Part shown: positions 26,901 through 39,451 of the stretch, piece after piece
Numbering within the stretch: the first letter of the stretch is position 1
Layout of the letters: the number at the start of each line of letters is the position of its first letter
Assembly: GCA_043228905.1 (NCBI GenBank)
Contig: JBHGNT010000012.1
Location: 17,422,001-17,486,000, forward strand
DNA length: 64,000 bases
DNA from: Azolla caroliniana
Lineage: Eukaryota; Plantae; Polypodiophyta
Reading direction: 5' to 3'
Notes under the pieces: generated by a model
Databases searched by the model: none
The model's input: only the letters and a program-made list of their open reading frames with translations
What the model was told of the DNA's origin: nothing
Translations under genes and position numbers: made by a program

Positions 26901-27203
26901 GAATCCACCAAGGGCAAGCTTTCCATTTCACTTTGATGGTCTCACTCCACAGAGCTCCCTTCTTGTTACCTCCATCGGATATCCTGATGCATTATGGCAG
27001 ACAAAAACCGGACATTTCAAAAAACAAACACCTTTCCTTGCTTCTCATATACCTTGAATGAATAAATAGAGATCTCACAGTGAAGAAAACATGAGATGTG
27101 TCATCGAAGATTTCCGAGGGTCTTGGAGCACAAGAAAGGCAGAGAAGAGCGCTATTACAGCAAGGGCAGAGGCTATGGCGGAAGGCCATCGCTTCTTCAG
27201 CAT
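15664..27203 (-). CDS. OFUT13: O-fucosyltransferase family protein (OFUT13/At1g52630-like); exons 27203-27079, 26983-26880, 21630-21560, 21493-21405, 21159-20938, 16402-15664
   Basis: Type II anchor MLKKRWPSAIASALAVIALFSAFLVL, then [66 protein letters not shown] and AALDYYISVNSD. All junctions are GT-AG and phase-consistent. Confidence 0.92.
19130..20380 (+). mobile_element. 3' end of a Ty1/copia element (RNase H remnant, PPT, ~920-bp 3' LTR) in OFUT intron 5
   Basis: TKNIDVQYHFIKEVI (copia KHIDVRYHFIRE motif) at ~19257-19300. PPT AAGTGGGAGG precedes TGTTG at 19458. The putative LTR ends CAACA at 20380. Confidence 0.75.
20788..20870 (-). mobile_element. 5'-truncated LINE 3' end inserted in a (GA)n tract with a target-site duplication
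   Basis: Near-identical to 3652-3733 and 23580-23670. Flanked on both sides by CCATAGA(A/G)AGAGAGAG. Confidence 0.85.
21834..22200 (+). pseudogene. Decayed ORF fragment with a ParB-like motif, probably transposon-borne
   Basis: Reads FFFKYAKCKIYVGLTTEEAKLLA*DHNNDNDYRQKMSSIERIRFFHHEY..RKYESWF*LAFRDGEVWDLQDQIFSMWENKEVK. The two stops are each explicable as a single transition. Confidence 0.55.
22211..23100 (+). mobile_element. LTR retrotransposon 5' LTR, PBS and leader remnant
   Basis: TG at 22211, CTATATAAAG at ~22304, AATAAA at ~22372, CCCCAACA end at 22499, then TTTGGTATTCGTGC (PBS-like). Boundaries approximate. Confidence 0.5.
23580..24470 (-). mobile_element. 5'-truncated non-LTR retrotransposon (LINE): ORF2 C-terminal zinc-finger region, 3'UTR and (TTTC)n tail
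   Basis: ORF 23785-24525 has LRTSSHQLQIEVGRY..ERICQLCHQGVESEEHYVCHC..YEIR, the CCHC motif of LINE ORF2 C-termini. It sits within GA-rich sequence. Confidence 0.85.
25040..26420 (+). mobile_element. Degenerate Ty1/copia reverse transcriptase-RNase H, with a perfect 97-bp internal duplication
   Basis: EPSCFKEA, KYKARLVVKGYKQ, LNRSLYGLKQAPREWY, LYVDDMLIAG, HWEAVK, RKSISGYVF and NPADLL. Frameshifts and stops present. Duplicate copies start at 25390 and 25487. Confidence 0.9.
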
Positions 27204-27377
27204 GGCTAGATGATCTAAGCTTCTTCTGCTCTGGAGAATTGATCCATCCATGCCATTGGGGTGTTGTCAATCAAGCAACAATTTGAGCTTGATGGGCGGT
27301 GATGCATCTGGGTTCAGGATCCGAAAACACTACCTCGGGTTCACTAATGGGTCACATAGGGGATGGATTGCATCCGC

Positions 27378-28040
27378 GGCTGCATCCAAGAGAGCTTCTG
27401 CAGATATTCCCCTCGTTAAGTAGGAGTGCCTTCCTTTGGTGGGCGAATTGGCGATCCCTTTAGTTTAATCCATGGCTGCTGCATCCATCAGAGCTTCTGC
27501 AGATGGTTCCCCTTGTTAAGTAGGAGTGCCTTTCTTTGGTGGGCGAATTGGCTATCCCTTTAGCTCAATCCATGGCTGCATCCAAGAGAGCTTCTGCAGA
27601 TGATTCCCTTAGTTAAGTAGGAGTGCCTTCCTTTTGGTGGGCAAATTTGGCTATCCCTTCAGTTTAATCCATGGCTACATCCATCAGAGTTTCTGCAGAT
27701 GGTTCCCCTTGTTAAGTAGGAGTGCCTTTTCCTTTGGTGGGCAAATTGTCTATCCCTTTCAAACTAAGCAATGGAATCTCGCCCATGCGGATCGATCTCT
27801 TCCCTCGCAACAATTGTCCGGTGTGGTGCCTTCTGAACTCCGCCTCGACCTCTCATGAAAGCCTTTTTTTAAGCTTGATTGAGAAGAAAGCCTTTTGGTG
27901 GGCAAATTGTCTATCCCTTTCAAACTAAGCAATGGAATCTCACACCTCGCCCCGATAGATCGATCAGTTCCCTCGGAACAATTGTCCAATTTGGTGCCTT
28001 TTGAACTCGGCCTCGGCCCCTCATGAAAGCCTTTTGAACC
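27378..28040. repeat. Tandem array upstream of OFUT13: four ~96-100-bp units then two ~160-bp units
   Basis: GCTGCATCC..CTTCTGCAGAT..GTTAAGTAGGAGTGCC at ~27378, 27478, 27574 and 27674. TTTGGTGGGCAAATTGTCTATCCCTTTCAAACTAAGCAATGG at ~27733 and ~27893. Confidence 0.9.
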
Positions 28041-28092
28041 TCACAGTCGGAAAACGTAACCCGAAACTGAGCGTCTCGATGAGTATGTCCAA

Positions 28093-30770
28093 GAGTCAAT
28101 CGTGGACACAAAAGAACAAGCCAGCTTTTTAAACGGATTGTTGGACGATGTCAAGATGAACTCCTTGCCTAATGGTCATGCATATCTATGTTGAATGCGT
28201 ATTCTTTTGTAGGGAACATGTTTTGGTATGTGCATACTTATGCCTTCATATGCATGCATACATGTTGTATTTGTGATTTGCTCATAGAAGTGGTCTTTGG
28301 AACTTTGGACATAGCACGTTGTATTTGTGCATAATGTATTTCTCATTGATGTTTATATGTTTGTGTTTCATTAGCTTATTGGTCATTTGACCATGTTTTC
28401 TCATTTATGTTTATCTTTATGTTTCATTATGTTATAGGTCAAGCAACCATCTCTCATTTATCGTGGTTTGAACCACAATTTATGACAAGGTTTTCTCCAA
28501 ATTTGTATGGCAACCATGTCAATGAGGTTGTTCTTATTTACAAATAACAATTGTGTCATTGCCTATCATTGACAAAGTTCCTAGTTTCCTCTTACCTCAA
28601 AAGCCTTAGTGTCTCTTTTTATGTATACATTTGCATATTATATCGATACTTTTATTCCCTAATCTCTCATGGCATTTATATTGTGCACTCATTTTTGTTT
28701 GTGTGTAAGTGGTGTGAGTGAATACATAGGCGCGAGTTTCTTCAAATGAAAAAGTGATGATGAATTTGGATTAACGCTTGACCTATAAATGTGAAGATAT
28801 ATATGGGTTGATTATGTATTCAACTTTTGCACTTTCTAAATGATCAATGATACCCTTGCAATGTTTTTAGATCTCGATGATTGGTAGTCACCACAATGGT
28901 GAAATGAATGTTAATTATAGCCTTACAATGTTTTAAGATCCCAAAATATGGTAGTGTCACATTAGGTGAACTGAATATTGATGTACCTAAGACAATCCTA
29001 TTGGGATACAACTGACAAACACACTAATCTTCTATGGTGTCACAAGCTTTTGTTTGGGAGGTAGGTAGTCATTTAGGGCCATATCATGCTTCCTTTGTGA
29101 TATTGCCCTTCCCCTTGTTCAGTTTAAGTTCACACTTGTTGAGATTCAATTTACTTTTTATAAACCATGCTAGAGTTCAAGGGAAAGGGCCACCCATTGT
29201 TTACAAAATTATGTTTCTCCAATATTGAATGTGTGTTCCTAGTTTTGAAGTTCATTTCCATTTCAACGTTGTTAATGTTTCATTGGTCACAAACTTGGCT
29301 CTCTTTAGAGCTATGCTTGAGTGATGCCTCACTTAGACAATCTCTTTTATATTAAGTTGAATACTTCATCTTGTTAAACATTATGTTAAGCACATTGTTT
29401 TATATGAAATTCTTTATTCAAGTCGAACATTTTCTATTGCTTATCTTATGTCATATTATTTTCTTACTATTTCTTTCTAATGGCCAATGCTACCACTCTC
29501 ACTCCATGTTGTAGAAAGAGGATGATGACAATGCGTAAACATCTCATGAAAACCTTGTGAGCTTGACTGATGAGAAAGAAAATATGCAATCCCATCCATA
29601 TGTGGGGCAAACCTCATGATGCTCACCTCTTTGTTATGATAAATCACAGCATGAACCATGCCATCGAAATGTAACCCAAAATTAAGCTCTTAACAAGGGG
29701 ATTCATGAGTCAATTGTGAACACAAAAGAACAAGCCAACTTTTAAAATGATGCCTTGGATTATGTGAGGATGAAATCCTTGCCTTATTGGACATGTATTT
29801 TTTTAATTGAATGTGTTATATGCATATAGTTTGCCTTGAGTGCATGCATGCATGTTTTAATTGTGATTTGCTCAAAAAAACTATGTTGGAACTTTAGACA
29901 TAGTGTGTATGATATATTTCTCTTTAATGATTATCTTTATGTTTCAAAGTTAAGGAACATGTTGCTAGGGTCTAAACACAATATACCGAAAGCTTTTCTC
30001 CTTTAAATTTGTATGGCGATCATGGCCTCTCCAAATTTGTATGATGATCATGTCAATGAGGTCATGCCTATTCAAGAACTGGAATTGTATCACTACCCAT
30101 CATTGACAAAGTTCCTAGTTTCCTCTAGCCTCGAATGCCCTAGTGACTCTCTCTATGAATACATTTTCATACTATATTGACATTTTATTTGCATGGCTTT
30201 TCTCCTTAAAATCTGTATGGCGATCATGGCCTTCTCCACATTTGTATGATGATCATGTCAATGAGGTCATGCCTATTCAAGAATTGGAATTGTATCACTA
30301 CCCATCGTTGACAAAGTTCCTAGTTTCCTCTAGCCTCGAATGCCCTAGTGCCTCTCTCTATGAATACATTTTCATACTATATTGACATTTTATTTGCTAA
30401 TCTCTCATGACATTTATACCACACTTATGTATGTCTACGCATAATTGGTGCAAGCACATGCAAATGCACAAATTTCTTCAAGTGAAAAAGTGATGATGAC
30501 ACTAGATTAACGCTTGACTACTAAAATATGAAGAATAAGTATGGGTCGATTATGGATTCAACGTTTGCACTTTCTAAACTATCAAAGATAGCTTTGCAAT
30601 GTTTTCAAATCCCAAAAATTGATAGAGTCACATAAGGTAAACTGAAAATTGATCCACTTGACACGAGCCTATTGGGATATCCCTAACATGCATGATAATT
30701 CTCTTTTACAGTGTCATGAGCTTATGTTTAGGAGATAGTAGTTGTTGAGGAGTACATCATGCTTAGTTTA
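28093..30770. repeat. Diverged direct duplication (~1.6-kb period) with a younger ~204-bp tandem duplication in the second copy
   Basis: GAGTCAAT..ACACAAAAGAACAAGCCA at 28093 and 29707. Shared TGAAAAAGTGATGATGA..ATTAACGCTTGAC blocks at ~28747 and ~30483. 29994-30197 recurs at 30198-30395. Confidence 0.75.
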
Positions 30771-30779
30771 ATGGGACTG

Positions 30780-31310
30780 GCACCTCTTCATTCGCGCTCT
30801 CAATATAGCTCCAATAGCCCTGCTTGAGCAGGTAACATGCTGCATAATTACCGTGCTCCAACTCTTATGTAGGAAGCGAGCTCCCCATTTGCTTGTTCAT
30901 CTCCCCTTGATCAACTTTCTCCCTTGTTTCTCCTGACTAGTGCACATCTTTCCTTGCAGCACTTGTTGATGGCGATTGCTGAGGTTGTCTTCAACCCTCT
31001 TGCTCTGATACCATGTAAAGAAGCAAGTGTGTTTTTGTTGCGGAAGCTTTGCGTAGTGTGCACTGTTTGTGTGGTAGAGATTGAGAGCTGGGATGGGGGG
31101 AGAGAGAGAGTGTGTGGTAGTTAGGTGTAGAAACAGAAAGTAGATTACCTCGCTCAACTCATCCAACCCTACAAGCCCTTGGATTCCTCTCATTAAGGAG
31201 ATGGTGGGCTGACACAAGTACAACATGTACATTGGGATTGGGGGGACGACCCATAAAGGCATCGACTACTTTGTACACAGAAATCTAGATAACTAGATTT
31301 CTAACCAATC
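30780..31310 (-). mobile_element. LTR end with tRNA-Met PBS
   Basis: The minus strand reads ..TTTACA TGGTATCAGAGC (PBS 31013-31002). Outer limits are approximate. Confidence 0.65.
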
Positions 31311-31339
31311 ATTTGGCCGTACCATAAAGTTGAGTTTGA

Positions 31340-33290
31340 TAACTCAATCGTTTCCCACTCAATTTCTCAGCATTCAACCCTTTTCAGGTACTTTCCTCCC
31401 CCTAATTAACAATCGGCAACGGTTCAGTTTGGTTTGAGAGGGTCAAAACCGAACCGTTTAAAAATTTTGATACCTAAACTGAACCGAACCACAAAACCGT
31501 TAAAATTTTCAAACCATTAAAACCGCGGTTTCGGTTTTCAACGTAGGTCAAATTTTAATTTTTAAAATTTTAAATTTTTAAAGATATTCCTAAAATGTGA
31601 TAATAAGTTCTAAAAATAAAAAGATTGTTTAAAAACAATCTTTTTAAATTTATTTATTTTTTTAAAAGTTAAAAATAAAAATAAATACCCTTTAAACCGC
31701 GGTTTTTGACTGTTGAAACTGAACCGAACCGTTTAAAAAAAACTTGAACCTGAACCAAACCGTTTAAACCGTTAAGCCGCGGTTTCACGGTTCGGTTCAA
31801 ACCGAACCGTTGCCGATTGTTACCCCTAATGCCGGGAAATCTTCTTTATTAAATATATTGTCATCATAGCGAGTCGTATGAAGGTCGCCTATCAATGGTT
31901 CTAAATAGTTAATTATAGATGGAGATTCAAAACCTACATAGATTCCCAATTTTCTATGAAGCCCCATTGACATACACTTAGGTGATGGTATTGGGACGTA
32001 TATAGCACATCCGAATTTTTGAAGATGGGAAATATTCGGTTCTTGTCCATGTAAATGTTGTATAGGGGATACAACATTGTATGCAGTAGGTTTGAATTGA
32101 ATTAATGTTGGAACATGCAAGACAACATGTCCCCGACATGTAGTTGGTAAATTGCTCTTTATTAGCAATGGCCTAGCTATAAGCTTTATTCTCTTAATTA
32201 ATGATTCAACGAAACCATTTTGAGTGTGGACATGTGGTACTGAATGTCCTAGTTTAATTCCCAATGCCATACAATAATCATTGAATACCTTTGAGGTAAA
32301 ATCCTTGGTATTATCCATTCTTATGGATTGAATGTGGTTATCCGAGAAGTTGGCCCTTAATTGGATTATTTGGGAAATAAGCCACGCAAAAGTGTGGTTT
32401 CTAGTAGATAGTAAGCAAATAATGCTCCATCTAGATGATGCATCCATTAACACCATGAAGTACCGAAATGGTCCAGATATAGGATTAACATGACCACATA
32501 TGTCTCCTTGTATTCTTTCTAGGAATATTGGTGATTTTGCTTGCACCTTCAAATAAGAGGGTCTAAGGATTAATTTCCCTTTGGCTCAGTTGGCACAAAC
32601 AAAATTTTAGTGATTTGAAAATCCTTCGTTTTCAAATTATGGCCATTTGAACGTGAGATGATTCTTCTCACTGTCCCTAGACCTAAACGTCCTAACCTAT
32701 CATGCCTTATTCTATAAAGCTTGGGATTCTTAAAGATTGTTTTCATAGCAACATTTTGGGGATTTATATTAGTGTAGTACAAGCCAGATTACATAGAAGG
32801 GAACTTTTCAACAACAGTCTTTTTATTTACGTCTAATTTCGTTATGAGAAGCCATTTTAGGCCATCCTCATTTTTTAGTCTCTATATGATAGCCATCAGT
32901 ACATATATCTTTAAAGCTTAATAGAGTGTGACTGGACTCAGGGGTATAGCATCTTCTATGATGATCTTAGTACCAAGTGGGAGAGCTACAATTGCTCTCC
33001 CTATTCCGACAATATTTGCTTTGCTTCTCGCAATGGTCGTAATATTCACAATCCTTTTCTTTAGAGTCTGGAAGTATTTGGTGTCTCTAAAGATAGTATA
33101 ATTTGTGGTATAACTGTTTACTAGTCTGGAATTTATGTTGAAGTGTGAGGATCGAGTGTCTTCTAAATGGATCAACACCTCTTCTTGAAAATGTTGAAGT
33201 TGGGATAAGATAGTCTTTTGCAATTGGATTAGTAGGAACTTCAAAAAGCTCCAACAAATTCCATCGTGGGTGATGGCCTTTATAGGCAAA
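31340..33290 (-). mobile_element. Degenerate Ty1/copia (Bianca-like) protease-GAG_pre-integrase-integrase, interrupted by the MITE
   Basis: FLERIQGDICG..GPFRYFMVLMDASSRW..IRMDN..F..YCMALGI..HTQNGFVESLIKRI..LGIYVGFESPSII.YLEPL.GD..FPALG. HDRLGRLG upstream. The frame continues GGKYLK on the other side of the MITE. Confidence 0.88.
31407..31822. mobile_element. Non-autonomous hAT-like MITE (416 bp) with ~24-bp TIRs and an 8-bp TSD
   Basis: TIR TAACAATCGGCAACGGTTC(A/G)GTTTG at both ends. CCCCTAAT at 31399-31406 and 31823-31830. AAACCG subterminal repeats. Confidence 0.88.
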
Positions 33291-33759
33291 AAAATGTAGT
33301 GACCTTACTTGAAGAGTGGACTGAGTTATTGTACGAGGTAGATGCAAAAACAATTCTTATTTTAGCCTAAACTTAGACGTGAGATGCATGATTAAACACA
33401 CATTTGGATGGGCTATTCAATGTGATGTTTACAACAAGTTTGATAAGAAGTAGATGTGCAGAAAGCCAGATTTTGGTGCAACGTAAACACAAATTAGACG
33501 CTAGTCATCCACACTATAGATGCACTGCATTGTACTGGTTTGACACATAAACCAATTGTTATAATAATGGGTGGAGAAATTTGGTAAATATGTTATAAAT
33601 TCATCTATATATTAAATCATATCAAGAGTGTTGGTTTACAAATGCACCAATTACAAAGAAACCTTGTCATTAGACACATATTCATCGATATCATTGTATC
33701 AATGTCCCATATCCTAACTCAATGCACAAGTCCAAGGGAAGATGATCATTAACGTTATC

Positions 33760-34100
33760 TTCATTAGATATTGCATCTTAGACTAGATCGTCCTGATTCA
33801 GGTGTTTGGCACTATCTATTCTACATGTGTGTCAATCACCACCAATATCACACACATCATAATCAATACCTTCATCAAGTGCATACGATTGTGCAACTCT
33901 CAGTTGTTATGACTTGTTGAGGTACCGACCATATGAATGTCATGTAAGGATGCGTTGAAGAACTAATTTCGTACGTGGGCACCATCTATTCATTAGATAT
34001 TGCATCTTGGACTAGATCATCCTGATTCCGTTGTTCGGCACCATCTATTGTACATGTGTCAATCACCACCAATATCACACATATCATAAGTAATACCTTG
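33760..34100. repeat. Dispersed ~110-bp direct duplication
   Basis: TTCATTAGATATTGCATCTT..CAATCACCACCAATATCACAC at ~33760 and ~33989. Confidence 0.7.
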
Positions 34101-34270
34101 ATTAGATTTCGTATGTGGGCTCATTGGAATCATGTACTACCACTTGTCATTATGAAACATAGGATGAAAAATTGCTTGCAATTATAATAATATATCGTTG
34201 ACATATAAGCATTGTACATAAATATGATATTTGTTATATGTGTTGATAGATAATTGAATATTTAGATCAA

Positions 34271-34591
34271 TTATATATGTACAATAGATACATGTTCACA
34301 TTGGGATGGCAAGATGAATATCCCCTCTTTGTAGTGCTTTGTTGAGCTGATTGTCGTACATCCACTAGCGTGTAAACTGATGGAGGATCTAGGAATGTTA
34401 CCCATTACATCTATAAACCAAGTGATAGTAGACATAAAATCTCCAAGCTTGATGATTTTTTGGATTATTCCACAATATTCCTCTATTTGTCCATGTCCCC
34501 CCTCATACATGCCAATCACTCCACAATCCCTCATGTACCAATTATTGTCAATGCTATCCATGCGGTAATGTGTGCCCTCGAACCAAATCAC
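34271..34591 (-). mobile_element. CACTA (En/Spm) transposase fragment, DUF4216-like region
   Basis: HYR..ID..DCGVIG..EYCGIIQKIIKL..WF..SG.T.I..FILPSQCEHV resembles the CACTA TnpD C-terminal pattern (DSGV..YYG.I.EI..L..W..PFIL.SQ..QV). Confidence 0.6.
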
Positions 34592-35430
34592 ATCATATTA
34601 TGTGCATCGGACACTACTTGCAAGTCTCTACTTTACACCCCTTGATTACCTTGTGAACCATCAAATTCTCATGATATCTCTCTTTGAAATCTAATACATA
34701 ACCAACAAATCCAATCCACCACAAATGCTTGTGAATTGTGAAGCAAGCAAGCATCAAATAACACACCAATAAGTCTCATTGGAATCTAACAAAATACTAG
34801 TTATAAAAAATCCAACCAACTATAACTGTATACACAATGCTTGGATGAGTGTTAACGATTTCTAATGCAAGTCCATATATTAGATTTCACAAACCATGAA
34901 GACACGGAGAGTTTTTTTCTCCACAAGCAAAGACAAGATCTTGGAGATCAACTCATTCCAAAATGAGACAAAATGAATGATCATATACGACCAATTCCAA
35001 AATAAGAAGAAACAACTTAACTTGAAAAAGCTAATTAAGTGCAGTTCTTGATATCTTGATCTGTATCTTGCATCTTCATGTTCACAAGCATTTCAACTTT
35101 GAGATGTACCCTTTTTACATCTAAAGGGTTGAACTAACAAAGTTCAGTTGACATGATGGATACTGAGCCAATGCTGGAAAAGGAAAGAAAAGAATTCTTC
35201 CATTATTCTTCCATTAAATTGAGAATAATGGGGAATTAACGGGGAGGTGAATCCACAACTCATGCATCTGAAATCTTAAAAGCATATATCACCATTTCCA
35301 GGATTCGATGAAATCATCAACTCTACATTGACAAACCATTTCGAGGATTTGATGGAATCATCAACTCTGTGTTGATGATTGAGACCATCTCTTGCATTTA
35401 CAACATTGGGCTATATATTTTCTTGCATGA

Positions 35431-38400
35431 TTATTCTTCGTAAACTGGATAAACCGACTGAGATCTACTGCTATTCATGCTTCTTGACAGAAGTCCGGAT
35501 TTACTCAGTTGCATCAAAGGTGGTGGTTTCTTGTTACGGATGTTGTCACGTTCCAACTCATAATCGAAATAGATAAAATCTGACAAGGCTTGTATGTTGT
35601 GATTGGCATGGGTAGGGGAGCATGCAGTTCTCTTTGAGCTCGGTGATGGCATACGAGAGACACTTGGTGTCTCAAAGGGTGTCCCATACAAAGTCAGATT
35701 GAGAGAATATTTGAATGAGAGCTCTTGTTGCCGAGATGGACTGTGTATTCTCATCGAATGTGGCAGCTGTGGCATCACACGCCTGTTCATCTCATCAGCA
35801 TATAGTACATCATCCACACGAGCAATGATGTTGGATGCTAGGCTTTCTAGTACTCTTGAGTAGCTCTCTAAGATTGATTGACCAACATCCTAGAATATCA
35901 ATAAACAAAGTCAAAAACCTCATATACACAATGAGTTATAGCTATCCAAATGAAGCATAACCTACATAAACATGCAAAGCTATGGAACTATTTCAGTAAT
36001 ATTGTTTTTAAAAGCGGCAACGATAGCAGGTTGTATGGCAAAAAAATGGTACACGTGTCAACGACAGATTAGTACCTTGTTATATTGGATCTTTGTCACA
36101 TCTAAACAGGACTGTCGGAGATGAGGAAATCTCTGCCTTAAGCAGACCAAAGTACTCTGGGCTCTGTGTGCAAGCAGATCCCGCCTCACGCCATCAGATA
36201 CAAAATCTTTCACTTTTACCCAAGGTTGTTTTGTGCTCTGATGTATCTTATGGGCAGGTTTTGAAGGGTTTCTACGTCTCCACACATGAATTGCAGCTTC
36301 CAGGCGATTCGCCAGATCTATAACTTTGTGCTCACTTGAAACATCAGAAGTGGAAAGAAATGTCTCTGGAGAAAAGCACTCTGATGTGATGTCTTTGTAC
36401 AAGGATTCTCCAAGGCTTGCCCTCCCCGTCTTTGAAAAAGAAGAAAAAAATTAAGGATTGGCTCATCTTTCATTTAAAAGCAGAAAAACTGTAGGAATGC
36501 AGGTTAGATTTATAAATCATTAAGGTTGCATTAAAACGCAATCAACACATTAAGCTCATTCCAGTTAGAATACCTTTGGAAGTGCATCCCAATAAACATT
36601 TGGGATTTCCATTTCGGACAAGACTTGGGAATTTATTGCCAAAGCAGCCTTGAGAATCTGATTTACACAATCCTTTTGATGCTGAAGTCTTTTCCTCTCC
36701 CCTTCTGACAATCCATCTCCAGGGACCTTAGCCGTAGGCAGCCACCACTTCTCTTCATCCCTGTGCCTCTGGGAACCATCCTCATCCTCATCAGTGGTCC
36801 CTTGTTCAACGTACCAGAACTCAGTCTGAGAGAAACAGTCTAGTGATTCCTGAAAGGAAATGAAAACCCATATAAAAAAGAAGTAGAAGTGATGAAAAAC
36901 CATAATTCAATGCAGTCTAGTTAGAAAAGAAGCAACAAAGAAGTTCTTTGAACAGTCTAGTGGTTCCTGATACCAAAGATAGCTCAGAATTTTAAAAGAA
37001 ACTACTGCAAAAGGAACTTCCAAAGTATGATGATAAACCACCCTTTAAAGAACCTTCTAGAAATAAAATGAAGAAAAATATGATTTACAACAGTTTAGTG
37101 AGACAGCAGGCACAAAAATAAATTATTCAAACAGAAGGCTCAGACAGAAAAATGAATTGCAGAATTCGTTTTCTAAAGATGGAAACTTTCTAGTTATTCT
37201 TGAAACCAAATAAAGGTTTACATAAGACAACTACAAAAGAGATGGACAAATATTATTCAGATGCTGCAAAATATTTACCAAAAGCATAGCATCCAACTTC
37301 TTCAGAGCTGGTATGTTAACTTGGAGATCAGCACGTGGCCTGTTAACCATGACCTGAAAGGAAGGACGACTGTTTCTTAGCTACAGTTACATGAGTGATT
37401 TTGCATAGTTCTCCATTGTCATCGTCTTTTTCTTCATCTTAACCCTTGAGTAATCTATCTAATAGTTTAACCTTCTAGGCCATTCCAAGAATTAGGGACA
37501 TTTTTATTGCTTTCTATCTCAAGATGACCAAAGTTTGACATTACATCCAAATTCATTTATGAATCGAAACATTCTTACTGATGCATAGTATTTGTTTGGA
37601 GAGAAATGGTAGAGATGTTTGTGTATGTAGATTTTACCTCAAATGTGCTACCATCTTGAAAGGTTTGCAATGATGGTACAAACTCGACAATATGATCCGC
37701 AATGGAGAGCAACCACTCCATCTCTCGTTTCCATAGAGCCTTGCGCTCCACACTTAGAGGTTCAAGCCTCCATATTTCTCCAAACACTGATACTGCAGAA
37801 CATGGTATAACTCCATCTTTAACTAACCAGTTTGGATGTCCAGTGCTTTGTTTTTATGAAACAACCATATAATACCAGAAAGATTAGTAATGGCATTCGA
37901 GATCGCAAGAGCAGAGCAGACTCCCTTTCCACCACCAGACATGTCTTCACCCAGAAGTAGCTTTGCAAATTTTTCCTTCATTAATTCAATCTCTGCAAAA
38001 TAATCAGCTTGAATCAAGAAAGCATATAGAAACCAGGCTAGGTTGTTGCATATCTAGACATTATATGTGAACTGTAAAATGCACAACTTCTGCAAATTTT
38101 TCCTTCATTCATTACAATCTCTGCAAAATAAAGAAAGGTTGGCTTGAATCAAGAAAGTAGGGAACCAGACTAGGTTAGCCACATATGTAGAAATTATATG
38201 TGAGCCATAAAAAGCACAGATTGCAAAAAAACTAAATGAAATTTACATTTTCATTCCAAAAAAAATACAGATTTCAAAGAATCTAAAGAAAATGCAAACA
38301 ACAATCAACATACACACAGCATCTACACGGCAATGCAAACTTCACCTAAATACTTTCTGTACGGTGTAAATGTAAAGTTTAAATCCACCAATTATATGAG

Positions 38401-39451
38401 CTTCACAATGAATAATAAGTGCTTTGAAATATGTAGAATTATATAATCCAAAACTAAATGTGTCACGGACATATCTAATGTAAGCATGATAATAGGGAAA
38501 TAGATAAGAAGATAAAGAGACAAAGAGATACAGAAGGGCACTAATTCGCCTGGACCACTCCCAAGTGAAGGGGTTAAGACAGACCCTAGCCCTGAATGGT
38601 GTCCCATACCACCGTGTATGGACAATGAGTTGTACCTAGCACTGGATCACACTCAACACAAGAGTGTGTTCACCACAAGTTCACGGCGGTCTCAAGGTAC
38701 TCTACTCACATGATCCCCCTTATGAGGTTAGCTAGGCCTCATATTTATATCCAGACCCAAGGCCTCCCAGCAAGTTCAGACTTGGCCCTTAATTGTTGAC
38801 TCAATCCCTAGAATTAAAAGAAGCAATCCTCTCTTTTTTTTAAGATTCTAAGACGTCTATAATGACGCGAAGCTATGGATTCCAAATCAATTATCACAAT
38901 ACTTGAGGTTTAATCTACCAAATATATACAGATTCCAAATCATTTAATAGTAAATGAGAAGTTTCCAAAGTGTAGAATAAGAAATTAACAATGGAAGGTG
39001 AAGTTTGTTCCAAAAATGTACAGAGCTCAGATTATGTAAAAGATGGTAATCCAATTCCAATTCAGAAAGATGCAGATTTAATGCATCCAAACGTGAATTG
39101 TGAAGATAAATAGAAGTTTCCAATGCATCTAGAAGTTAATTGTGAAATTAAATTCACTGTTTCTTAAGACTTCATTAATATGTCAGTAACCTTACCAGAA
39201 TCCTTTTCATTTCCACGGATGACAGAAGAATGTTTCTTAGTCTGATCCCGCTTCTTCTTCTGCTGCTGCTCCTGCAGGGGAGGAGTGTCAGTACTGCAGC
39301 TGCTGCTGATGCTACTGCTCGAAAAGGAATATCCTTCACCATTCCTATTCTCGTCGGTCCCAAAGCTCAGACTTGAAGTCTCAGAAGTAGCACAATCTAA
39401 ACTTTCTGTAAAGTTTGACAGGTTACATTGAGCACGAGGAAGGTGTTCCAT
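35431..39451 (-). CDS. ROPGEF: Rop guanine nucleotide exchange factor (PRONE domain); exons 39451-39196, 37992-37876, 37792-37638, 37353-37279, 36849-36574, 36429-36076, 35889-35431
   Basis: [64 protein letters not shown] and [28 protein letters not shown]. Junctions are phase-consistent GT-AG. Confidence 0.95.

Noticed and set aside
26992-27270. 92-aa ORF as a separate gene
   Set aside because: It overlaps OFUT13 exon 1 in a different frame. The frame starting at 27203 gives the membrane anchor and splices correctly.
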